From NCBI GenBank assembly GCA_016875215.1, contig VGRX01000004.1:1-58697 (forward strand): a stretch of DNA of 58,697 nucleotides, read 5' to 3'. The notes beneath the pieces are model-generated. The model saw nothing but the letters and a program-made list of their open reading frames with translations. It had not been told where the DNA came from and did no database searches. The stretch is from Deltaproteobacteria bacterium (GTDB taxonomy: Bacteria > Myxococcota_A > UBA9042 > CAIXZC01). The position numbers and the translations under genes are program-made. Position 1 is the stretch's first letter; the number at the start of each line of letters is the position of its first letter. This document shows, one piece after another, positions 41,455 through 49,603 of this stretch.

Positions 41455-42729
41455 TCAACTCACCATACCCCAGACCGTCATGGCCACGAGGTACACCAGG
41501 AATGCGACCCCGACCCGAGTCGCCACCCGCCCCCGACGGTCCGCCGGCACGCTGCGATCCACGAACGGCACGACCAGGAACAGGACCGGAATCAGCCCGG
41601 TCAGCGCCATCCCCAGGAGCTCGAGGCTGCCCGGGAACAGCTTCAGCATCTGGAACGGGACCATGAAGTACCATTCCGGCTTGATCCCCTCCGGCGCGGC
41701 TGCCGCCGGGTCGGCCTCGGGAGCCAGCACCCTCGGAAACAGTGCGCTCAACGCCACCAGCAGCGCGGCCAGTGCCATCCAGATCGGAATCTCGTTGACC
41801 AGGTACTCTGAGAAGAAACGGTGGTACCTCTTCTGCTCGGGAGGGAGCGCACGGAAGGAATCGGGCTCGCTCACCCCCTGCACCTGGACGAAGAACAGGT
41901 GGACCGAGAGAACGGCCAGGAGCAGCAGCGGCAGCACCACCACGTGCAGCGGATAGAACCTGCCGATGGTATCCACCGTCACGTCCGGACCGCCCCTTGC
42001 CAGTCCGGCGATCCAGGTGCCAAGCAGCGGCATCTTCTCCAACTCGCTGATGCCCACGCGGGTGGCGAAGAAGGAGAGGTCGTCCCACGGCAGCAGGTAG
42101 CCGGAAAACCCGAGGAACATCGTGGTCCCCAGCAGTGCCAGTCCGGTCAGCCAGGTGAGCTCCCGTGGCGGCCGGTACGCCTTCATGAAGAACGTGCTGA
42201 ACAGGTGCACGAACAGCGCCAGCAGCATCAGGTTCGCGCTCCAGTGGTGGATGCTGCGGAGGAGACCGCCAAACGGGATCTCCATGACGATCCTCTGCAC
42301 CGAGGACCAGGGCTGGCTCGGGCTGTAGTAGACCATCAGGAGCACGCCGGTGACGATCTGCACAACCAGGAAGAACAGCGCCATCGAGCCGATGGTGTAC
42401 CAGAAGCTGTGCCGGTGTCTGGGGACCTTCTTTTTCGAGAGGAACTCCACCAGCGGCCAGACGGGTAAACGACGAAAGAAGGCCCGGCCGAGCTTTCCGG
42501 TCACGGTATCCGCAGGGGGAAGAGCCTCTTCGGCCTCGGGTGGAATCGTCACGAAGCGGGAGTCCGAGAAGCGCTCTTCCGCCTCGGGAGGAATCGGCAC
42601 GAAGCGGGGGTCCGAGGAGCGCTCTTCGGCCTCGGGAGGAATCGGCACGAAGCGGGGGTCCGGGGAACGCTCTTCCCGGCCCGCAGCAACGGGAATGCCG
42701 GGATCACGACGGGTATCGTCCACGGTCAT
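41455..42729 (-). CDS. Cytochrome b (fused b6 + subunit IV-like) of a Rieske/cyt b complex, with repeat-containing N-terminal extension
   Basis: LRSIHHWSANLMLLALFVHLF, GFSGYLLPWDDLSFFAT, FYPLHVVVLPLLLLAVLSVHLFF and GIKPEWYFMVPFQMLK. ATG 42729 overlaps the Rieske stop (ATGA). Confidence 0.85.
   Translation of the reverse strand: MTVDDTRRDPGIPVAAGREERSPDPRFVPIPPEAEERSSDPRFVPIPPEAEERFSDSRFVTIPPEAEEALPPADTVTGKLGRAFFRRLPVWPLVEFLSKKKVPRHRHSFWYTIGSMALFFLVVQIVTGVLLMVYYSPSQPWSSVQRIVMEIPFGGLLRSIHHWSANLMLLALFVHLFSTFFMKAYRPPRELTWLTGLALLGTTMFLGFSGYLLPWDDLSFFATRVGISELEKMPLLGTWIAGLARGGPDVTVDTIGRFYPLHVVVLPLLLLAVLSVHLFFVQVQGVSEPDSFRALPPEQKRYHRFFSEYLVNEIPIWMALAALLVALSALFPRVLAPEADPAAAAPEGIKPEWYFMVPFQMLKLFPGSLELLGMALTGLIPVLFLVVPFVDRSVPADRRGRVATRVGVAFLVYLVAMTVWGMVS
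42526..42675. repeat. 48-bp in-frame tandem repeat x3 in the 5' end of the cytochrome b gene
   Basis: It encodes EERSPDPRFVPIPPEA / EERSSDPRFVPIPPEA / EERFSDSRFVTIPPEA. The period of 48 nt was measured between successive cctcggg motifs at 42534, 42582 and 42630. Confidence 0.85.
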
Positions 42730-43256
42730 CCCTCCTGCTTCCGGTCGGTCGGGGCCACATAGAGCACGCCGTTCTCCTCGAACACACGAAGGGGTGTCAG
42801 CGGCCTGGGAGGCGGTCCGGCGACGTTCTTCCCGCCGAAGTCGTACATGCCGCCGTGGCAGTGGCAGAAGATCCTGTCTCCCGCGAAGTTGACGTTGCAG
42901 CCGGCGTGCGTGCACTTCGAATCGAACGCCCGGAGCTCCCCCTCGGGAGTCCGCAGCACGATGCATCCCCGCTGTCCGTACGAGCCGTTCGCTCCGGACC
43001 CCGGAGCGGCCACGTCGGCCGGCGAGACCTTCTTCACCAGGGCTCGCCCTTCCTCCCCGAACGGGTCGGGTGCGGGTCTGGGCGCCAGGTACCGATAGAT
43101 GGGGTACGCGGCCAGCCCCAGCCACGCCAGCCCGAGCCCGCCGGTCACCCAGAGGAACCGCCGGCGACCCCGGTCGACCCCCTGCCTGCCGCCAACTTCG
43201 TTCTGTGCAACCCCGCTGCTGCGCCGGACCTCCCCGGCCTTGTCCGCATCCGTCAT
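42726..43256 (-). CDS. Rieske [2Fe-2S] iron-sulfur subunit with Tat signal
   Basis: ATG 43256 (GGAGGGGGGAG upstream). Tat motif GRRRFLWVTGG, cluster boxes CTHAGCNV and CHCHGGMYD. Confidence 0.85.
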   Translation of the reverse strand: MTDADKAGEVRRSSGVAQNEVGGRQGVDRGRRRFLWVTGGLGLAWLGLAAYPIYRYLAPRPAPDPFGEEGRALVKKVSPADVAAPGSGANGSYGQRGCIVLRTPEGELRAFDSKCTHAGCNVNFAGDRIFCHCHGGMYDFGGKNVAGPPPRPLTPLRVFEENGVLYVAPTDRKQEG

Positions 43257-43426
43257 TGGCTCCCCCCTCCGGAGGACTTCTCTCTCTCCCCCTCCGGAAA
43301 GCCCTCTCACGCTGCCGAATGTAGACACGCCGGAATGATCTGCCAAGAGGGAAACGATTGACGCGCACGCGGACGTCGACTAGAGTGATTTGGCCTTCTG
43401 GAGAATCGCGAGAGACGGAGGTGCGC

Positions 43427-45562
43427 ATGAAAGGGCTGAGACGATTCGTGACGATCTGGCATGTGGCGCTCGTGCTTCTGGCATGCAGCGTGGTGGCGAT
43501 GGCGCAGTACGAGCCGGCAGAGGACCAGTGGCAGGGCGGAGACGCACAGGCCAACTGGGGGGAGAACCAGTACGGCCAGAAGTGGGGCGGGAACTACGGA
43601 GGAGACTCCTGGCAGGAGCTCGAGAAGCAGCGCAAGGAGATCCTCAGGCGGCTCCCCGACGAGCCCGACCTGCTCATCAACCTCACCGACGAGCTGATGC
43701 CTGCAACCCCGGACCTCACGGCGCTCGGGCGCAAGGGGACTCGGGCCCTGGTGAGAGGCCTGCTCGACAACGCGTCCGACGGCATCCGGCAGACGTGCGC
43801 ATCGGTGCTGGCCCAGGTACGCGACCCCGAGGCCGCCTCCGCACTGATCGATGCCCTGGCCGACCGCAACGAGATGGTCCGCATGCAGGCGCTCATCGGT
43901 CTGGGCAACCTGGCGGAACCCGGATTCGGACCCCACTTCGTCAAGCGCATCGAGGACCCCGAGGAGACCTACGTCGTCAAGAACGCTGCCGTCACCGCCA
44001 TCGGCGACGTGGGCTATTCCAAGGCGATGCCGCTGCTGATGAAGCTGGTCAAGGCCGATGATCAGACCTATGCCTGGACCGCGCTGGCAGCGATGTGGGA
44101 CATGCGCAACAAGGCCGGCCGCGGCGACCTCGTCGACGCCTTCCTCTATGTGCTCAAGAAGGAGACCGGCAGCGGCAGCCAGGTCGTCGAATACCTCGGC
44201 GAGCTCAAGGCCGAGGAAGCTTCCGACCTGCTGGCGAAGTTCTTCGTCGGCCGCGACGTCCACACCAAGAACCGGGTCATCCTGGCCCTGGGCAAGATCG
44301 GCAGCTCCGGTGCCCGCAAGATGCTCAAGGACGTCATGAAAACGACCCAGACCGCCCGGCACCTGAACAACGCTGCCATTGCGCTGGCCAAGCTGGGCGA
44401 CCGCAAGGAGGTCATCGGGATCCTCGTCGGCCTGCTCCAGGACCGCAAGGCCTACATGCGGATCAACGCAGCCTTTGCCCTGGGCGAGATCGAGGCGTCC
44501 GAACCCGCAGCGGTCGAGGGCCTCGTCACGGCCCTGTCCGACCCCAACGACTTCGTCCGCTCCGAGGCCGCCGTAGCCCTCGGCCGGATCAAGGCCGCGT
44601 CGGCAGCGCCCAGGCTCGAGGAGCTGGCCAACGGAACCAACCCGTTCGTCGCGCTCGACGCGGTCATCGCACTCAACCGGATCGACTTCGGCAAGTACCG
44701 CCAGCTCATCTTCGACAAGCTGCTCGTGCACAAGGAACCCAAGTTCGCACGGATCGTGTCCCGCGGAATCCGGTTCCTCGCCGAGCAGAAGGACCCGGCA
44801 GCCCTCCCGTACCTGCTGGCCTTCCTGAGGCAGCCCTCGGGAAACTACGGCGACACGCTGCAGCTCCTGGCCCCCTACGCGGCGGACCAGCTTTCCGACT
44901 TCCAGACCAGCATCCAGTACCTGGTCCACACCTGCTCCTACGACTGCTTCGGCACGCTGATGCGCAACCTGCGCGACTGGAAGCTCGGCGCCGTCGCACC
45001 CGCACTTCTCGAGCGCCTGTACCGGATGTACTACCTCTACGACAAGGAGACCGCCTACTTCACCATCGGCAAGGTGGGCAGCAAGGAGCTGACGGCCCGC
45101 ATTGCGGGGATCCAGGAGACCTCCAACGCACTCAAGCTCTACCAGCAGTTCGCATTGGCGAACCTGGGCGACGAGGCCGCGCTCCAGAAGCTCGTGGACG
45201 TCGTCCGTGACGGCAATCTCGAGGACAAGCGGGATGCCGCATTCCTCCTCGGCTCCATCGATGTCGAGGCGGTCGTGCCCAAGCTGGCCGAGCTGATGGA
45301 GAAGGGCGACGCGTTCACCTCGCTGACCGCCACCGCCGCTCTCGTCGGTCTGGCCCACGCACCGGCCTTCGACCGCCTGTACAAGGTGATGAAGGACGGT
45401 ACTCCCTCCCTGGCTGCCGAGGCGACTCGCGTGTTCATGATCTCGCCCAGCAAGAAGGTCGACGAGTATCTCGCCAAGGCGGCAGGCAGGGAATCCGACC
45501 TCGTGACCAAGCGCCGCTGCGAGGAGATCCTCTACCAGCGCCAGCCGAAGGAATTCCGCTAG
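43427..45562 (+). CDS. Secreted HEAT-repeat (PBS-lyase HEAT-like) protein
   Basis: Signal peptide MKGLRRFVTIWHVALVLLACSVVAMA. Repeated ...ALIDALADRNEMVRMQALIGLGNL..., ...LVTALSDPNDFVRSEAAVALGRIK... and ...DVVRDGNLEDKRDAAFLLGSI... GGAGGTG lies upstream. Confidence 0.7.
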   Translation: MKGLRRFVTIWHVALVLLACSVVAMAQYEPAEDQWQGGDAQANWGENQYGQKWGGNYGGDSWQELEKQRKEILRRLPDEPDLLINLTDELMPATPDLTALGRKGTRALVRGLLDNASDGIRQTCASVLAQVRDPEAASALIDALADRNEMVRMQALIGLGNLAEPGFGPHFVKRIEDPEETYVVKNAAVTAIGDVGYSKAMPLLMKLVKADDQTYAWTALAAMWDMRNKAGRGDLVDAFLYVLKKETGSGSQVVEYLGELKAEEASDLLAKFFVGRDVHTKNRVILALGKIGSSGARKMLKDVMKTTQTARHLNNAAIALAKLGDRKEVIGILVGLLQDRKAYMRINAAFALGEIEASEPAAVEGLVTALSDPNDFVRSEAAVALGRIKAASAAPRLEELANGTNPFVALDAVIALNRIDFGKYRQLIFDKLLVHKEPKFARIVSRGIRFLAEQKDPAALPYLLAFLRQPSGNYGDTLQLLAPYAADQLSDFQTSIQYLVHTCSYDCFGTLMRNLRDWKLGAVAPALLERLYRMYYLYDKETAYFTIGKVGSKELTARIAGIQETSNALKLYQQFALANLGDEAALQKLVDVVRDGNLEDKRDAAFLLGSIDVEAVVPKLAELMEKGDAFTSLTATAALVGLAHAPAFDRLYKVMKDGTPSLAAEATRVFMISPSKKVDEYLAKAAGRESDLVTKRRCEEILYQRQPKEFR

Positions 45563-45701
45563 CGGGGCGGCGGGGAACGCCCGGGGCGGCGGGGAAGGCC
45601 CGGGGCGGCGGGGAAGGCCCGGGGCGGCGGGGAACGCCCGGGGCGGCGGGGAGGGCAATAGGACGAATAGGACGAATAGGACAAATAGGACGAATAGGAC
45701 C
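45563..45701. repeat. Compound intergenic tandem array: 19-bp G-rich unit x5 followed by 9-bp AATAGGACG x5
   Basis: The cggggcggcggggaaSgcc units start at 45563, 45582, 45601, 45620 and 45639. From 45657 comes aataggacg aataggacg aataggaca aataggacg aataggacc. The array begins 1 nt after the HEAT gene stop. Confidence 0.9.
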
Positions 45702-45725
45702 CGCCGCCTTGGGTGAGAAGCCTCC

Positions 45726-47921
45726 ATGGCAAAGGATCTGCCGGAACGCCCGGGCCGACGAGAAGACCGGGGTGATGAGAAGCCTGGGGCGACGAGAAGC
45801 CCGGAGCGACGAGAAGACCGGGGTGATGAGAAGCCTGGGCCGACGAGAAGACCGGGCCGACGAGAAGACCGGGGTGATGAGAAGCCTGGGTCGGCGGGGC
45901 CGACGTCCGATGTTTCCTCGTCCCTCCTCCTCTTCCTGATCCCTGCGGTGGCGGTGGCCGCGTTCCCGTTCTTCTCCTCGTTTGCGCCGGCCAAGGCGCT
46001 CGTGGCAGGGGGGGGGCTTGCCGGGGCGCTGGTGTGGAGGAAGAGGCGCGGGCCAACCGCCTTTGCTCGAAGCTTCGGCCCGACCTTCTCGACCCTTGTG
46101 CTGGCCTTGCTCTACCTGGTCGTATCGCTGCCGTCGCTCCTGTTCCCGCACGCGAGGGGAGCGGCCCTGCACGCTGCGCACCTCGACCTGGTCGGGGTGG
46201 CGGTGTTCCTGGTGGCCCGCGGTGCGGCCCTCCAGGAGCGGTTTGTCGAGCGGCTGGCAGGGTGGGGGAGCATCGCCATTCTGCTGGTGGCGGTCCCCGC
46301 CGCTATCGAGTTGATTCTCGGGCGGCCCGTGCTCGGCTACTCGCTGCTTCCGGGCGGAACCACGCTCGGCAACCCCGACTTCGCGGCCGAGCTCGTTGCG
46401 GTGCTCCTGCCCGCTGCCGCTCTGGGGCTGGCCGACTTCCGGCGCTCCGGCCCGGATCGTCCGCCGCCCTCTTCGCCTCGCTGGACGGCGTGGATGAGCC
46501 TGGCCGCGGTTGCCGCCGCCCTCCTCCTCCTCGCACTGATCCCCTCGGTGACCGCGCGGCTGGCCGTGGGAGCCACGCTGCTCCTGGCCCTCCTCTGGCT
46601 TGCGAAGCCCCTCGTGGGAGGGTGCTCCGCGACCGACCCCACGCCGGATCGGCCTCGGAAGTCTCGCGTGGGAGGGTGCTCCGCGACCGACCCCACGCCA
46701 GATCGGCCTCGGAAGTCTCGCGTGGGAGGGGGTGCCGCGCCCGCCCCCCTTGTCTTCGCAATCCTCCTCGCTGCAGTGGCCGCAGCGGTCGTCCTCCTCT
46801 GGGGCGAGGGCCGGTTGCATCTCTACCGGACCGCGCTCGACTGCGCGCTGGAGCACCCCTGGACCGGCCACGGTGCCGGGGGGTTCTCGGGCTGCTTCCT
46901 GGAGCAACAGGCGGAGCGGGTGGCTGCGGACCCTGCGCTCCTTCCTTTCTGGACGAATGCGCGCCATGCGCACGACGAGTGGCTTCAGCTCTGGGTCGAA
47001 CGGGGGATCCTGCCCCCCCTCGTGCTGGTGCTGCTCTTCGGGGTCGCTTTTCTGCGAAGTCTGCTCGGACGCGGACGGCAGCTCTGGGTCGCAGCGGGCA
47101 TCCTGGCCGCGGGCCTCTGTGCATCGGGCTCGGTGACGCTGGCGCACTACCCTGGCCGGATCGTGACGTTCCTCTGGCTCGGCCTGGCCTGTGCTCCCAT
47201 CCTGCAACGGAAGGAAGGAAGCGATGAACGGCCCGACATGCCGGACCCCTCGACTTCGCTCCTTTCGAAGGGGCCTGTCCTCGACTCTGAGGGCCGAACC
47301 CCTCAGGCCCGGACTCGAAGAGAACAGCCCTTCTCGGGGCCTGTAAAAGGCGGGGAAGGCGTGGCGGACATGTCGCTCGCAGCGTGGCCGGTCGCGTTCT
47401 TCCTCGTGCTGGCTCCGCTCTGGTCCGCGGGCATCGATGCCCTCTACGTCCGAGGCGAATACCGGCTGGTGCTGCAGCTCGAAGGCTCGCATGCCGGTGC
47501 TTTGCTGCACCAGGGGCAGGTTCTGGCGGATTCCGGGAATATGGAGGAGGGTTGCGGACTTGTAGAGCAGGCCCTGGAGGCCTCCCCCGACATCGGCACC
47601 GCGGTCATCGCCGGCGTGTGTCGGGCGAGGAACGGTGAGCTGGAGGAGGGCGTCCGACACTTGGAGACCGCAACGCGCTGGCATCCCAGATTCGGCACCG
47701 CGTACGCGAATCTCGCCGAGGTGTACCGTCTCGCAGGCCGCCAGGAGGAGGCGTGGCGACACATCACCCGCGCCCTCAGCCTGTGGCCGGGACGCAAGGA
47801 TTTCCAGCGAATCCGCAAGGCCGTCTGCAGGAACAATCCGTTTTGTTTGCCTGCCCCGCCCGCGCCGCGGTATGATTCGGTCCGCCCGACCGGGTCTGAC
47901 AGGACGAATCTACCGAGGTAG
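45726..47921 (+). CDS. O-antigen ligase (Wzy_C)-like polytopic membrane protein with C-terminal TPR repeats and repeat-containing N-terminus
   Basis: NARHAHDEWLQLWVERGI matches the O-antigen ligase-family signature (HxHNxxLqxxxExGi), with multiple TM segments. C-terminal TPR-like ...GTAYANLAEVYRLAGRQEEAWRHITRALSLWP. The only canonical in-frame start before TM1 is ATG 45726, which has no good SD, so the start is uncertain. Confidence 0.65.
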   Translation: MAKDLPERPGRREDRGDEKPGATRSPERREDRGDEKPGPTRRPGRREDRGDEKPGSAGPTSDVSSSLLLFLIPAVAVAAFPFFSSFAPAKALVAGGGLAGALVWRKRRGPTAFARSFGPTFSTLVLALLYLVVSLPSLLFPHARGAALHAAHLDLVGVAVFLVARGAALQERFVERLAGWGSIAILLVAVPAAIELILGRPVLGYSLLPGGTTLGNPDFAAELVAVLLPAAALGLADFRRSGPDRPPPSSPRWTAWMSLAAVAAALLLLALIPSVTARLAVGATLLLALLWLAKPLVGGCSATDPTPDRPRKSRVGGCSATDPTPDRPRKSRVGGGAAPAPLVFAILLAAVAAAVVLLWGEGRLHLYRTALDCALEHPWTGHGAGGFSGCFLEQQAERVAADPALLPFWTNARHAHDEWLQLWVERGILPPLVLVLLFGVAFLRSLLGRGRQLWVAAGILAAGLCASGSVTLAHYPGRIVTFLWLGLACAPILQRKEGSDERPDMPDPSTSLLSKGPVLDSEGRTPQARTRREQPFSGPVKGGEGVADMSLAAWPVAFFLVLAPLWSAGIDALYVRGEYRLVLQLEGSHAGALLHQGQVLADSGNMEEGCGLVEQALEASPDIGTAVIAGVCRARNGELEEGVRHLETATRWHPRFGTAYANLAEVYRLAGRQEEAWRHITRALSLWPGRKDFQRIRKAVCRNNPFCLPAPPAPRYDSVRPTGSDRTNLPR
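45756..45891. repeat. Composite 51-bp (34+17) in-frame tandem repeat, about 2.7 copies
   Basis: cgacgagaag motifs start at 45756, 45790, 45807, 45841 and 45858. On the plus strand it encodes RREDRGDEKPG(x6) three times. Confidence 0.85.
46614..46735. repeat. 54-bp in-frame tandem duplication (2 copies + partial)
   Basis: gtgggagggtgctccgcgaccgaccccacgcc... begins at 46614, 46668 and 46722. It encodes VGGCSATDPTPDRPRKSR twice within a loop of the O-antigen-ligase-like protein. Confidence 0.85.
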
Positions 47922-47925
47922 ACCG

Positions 47926-48963
47926 ATGCTCCAGGTTATCGACGTGTGCGTTGAGCTCGAATCCGTGGCCGCCCGCCTCTACAACTCCTTCCGCACCGCC
48001 CCGTTCTCCAATGAGGAGGCGACCGCTGCGTTCGACCGCCTCGTTGCCGAAAAACGGGAGCGGATCGAGCAGTTCCGGATCGTCCGCGGAGGCTTCGAGG
48101 CCGGGCTTGTCCCCTCGGCGCTTCCCTCGCCCGACATCACCCTCTCCCGACTGAAGTGGAAGCTCGACCAGGTGTATGCCCTGGCCAAGGAGACCCCGGC
48201 CGGGCTCGATGCGGCCGTCGCCATGGCACTTCGGGCGGAAGCCATGCTCATGGACCAGGATTCCCTCAGAATCCTCAAGCTCAACGACCTGTACGGGCTG
48301 GAAAAGTCGAAGGAGGACAGCGGCGTCCCCGCCCTGACGGCGTTGCGCAGACTGGGTGACACGGTCGGACGCACCCTGGCCGCTTTCGCAGAAACGCTGG
48401 TCGACCTCTACGATGCCCGGCAGAAGCTCTGGGAGCGGGAAGACCAGGATCCCGTCACCGGCGCCAGGGCCCGCAAGGTGCTCTTCCAGCACGGCCGCTT
48501 CCTTCTCGACTGGGCCGTGAGGTACGACCGGCCCGTCGGCCTCCTCCTGGTCCGCGTCGATGACAGCGCTTCCCTGGTCGGACAGTTCGGCCATGCGTTC
48601 TATGATTCCGCCCTGGCCGCAGTCAGCAACCGGCTGAGGACCGTCTGCCGGCGGACCGACTGGATCATGCGCAACGGCCCCGACAACTTCGCGGTCCTCG
48701 TGCTCGGAACACCGCGGACGGGCCTTCGCGTGCTTGCCGCAAAGATCCTCCAGCAGATGAGCTCCACCCGCTTCCTCGTCTCCGGGAAGAGCTTCCCGCT
48801 CACCGCCTCCATCGGTCTTTGCTGCTACCCCGCACCAGGGCTCGAAGAACCCTCGGTCGAGCTCATGCTTCAGCTCGCCGAGCGGGCCCTCGCCAAGGCA
48901 CACGAGGTCGGCGGCAACTGTTGCATCGAGTCCGAGCCCGGACAGCCCGAGGAGGGAAGCTGA
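47926..48963 (+). CDS. GGDEF-domain protein with degenerate active site (NGPDNF) and retained RxxD I-site-like motif; N-terminal helical domain of unknown family
   Basis: DPVTGARARKVL, LLLVRVDDSASLVGQFGHAFYDSAL, RRTDWIMRNGPDNFAVLVL, LTASIGL and AERALAKAHEVGGNC align by eye to the GGDEF consensus. GAGGT lies 6 nt upstream of ATG 47926. Confidence 0.7.
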   Translation: MLQVIDVCVELESVAARLYNSFRTAPFSNEEATAAFDRLVAEKRERIEQFRIVRGGFEAGLVPSALPSPDITLSRLKWKLDQVYALAKETPAGLDAAVAMALRAEAMLMDQDSLRILKLNDLYGLEKSKEDSGVPALTALRRLGDTVGRTLAAFAETLVDLYDARQKLWEREDQDPVTGARARKVLFQHGRFLLDWAVRYDRPVGLLLVRVDDSASLVGQFGHAFYDSALAAVSNRLRTVCRRTDWIMRNGPDNFAVLVLGTPRTGLRVLAAKILQQMSSTRFLVSGKSFPLTASIGLCCYPAPGLEEPSVELMLQLAERALAKAHEVGGNCCIESEPGQPEEGS

Positions 48964-49075
48964 GCGCCCCGGAACGACGCTTGACGGCCCGGGGCTTTTC
49001 CGGTAGAAGCGCTGGCGCTTGAAGATACGACCATTCCCGGCTGCACTGCGGTCGGACTTTCTGATGGAGTCGCTC

Positions 49076-49603
49076 ATGAGATGTTTCGCGCGGGTTGCCT
49101 TGGTGGGTTTCCTCTTTGCCGCGGTCGCTCTCGTGCACGAGGCAACAGCCTCGGCTCAGCCCAAGATCGGCGTCGTCGACCTTCAGCTTGCGGTGGCCTC
49201 CACCAAGCAGGGGAAGTCGGCCAAGGAGAAGCTGGAGAAGCTCACCGCCCAGAAGCAGAAGGAACTCGACACCAAGGTCGAGAAAGTACAGAAAATGGAA
49301 GAAGAGATGCAAAAACAGATGCCCCTCATGTCTGATGCGGGCAAAAAAGATATGCTGGAGAAGTACAGAAAGGAGATGATGGATCTCCAGAAGCTGTACG
49401 TCGACAACCAGACATCGCTGGCCAAGAAGAAGGCCGAGCTGCTCGAGCCGATCCTCAAGAAGATGGGGGAGGTCATCCAGGACCTTGCGCTCAGCGAAGG
49501 GTACACACTCATCCTGGACCGGTCGGAAGGCACCGTGCTCTACTTCCAGCCCTCGTTGGACGTGACTCCGGAAGTCATCAAGCGCTACAACCAGGCGAAG
49601 TGA
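49076..49603 (+). CDS. skp: OmpH/Skp-family periplasmic chaperone
   Basis: Signal peptide, then KIGVVDLQLAVASTKQGKSAKEKLEKL, a K/E/Q-rich coiled arm and the C-terminal GYTLILDRS. GGAG lies 6 nt upstream of ATG 49076. Confidence 0.85.
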   Translation: MRCFARVALVGFLFAAVALVHEATASAQPKIGVVDLQLAVASTKQGKSAKEKLEKLTAQKQKELDTKVEKVQKMEEEMQKQMPLMSDAGKKDMLEKYRKEMMDLQKLYVDNQTSLAKKKAELLEPILKKMGEVIQDLALSEGYTLILDRSEGTVLYFQPSLDVTPEVIKRYNQAK

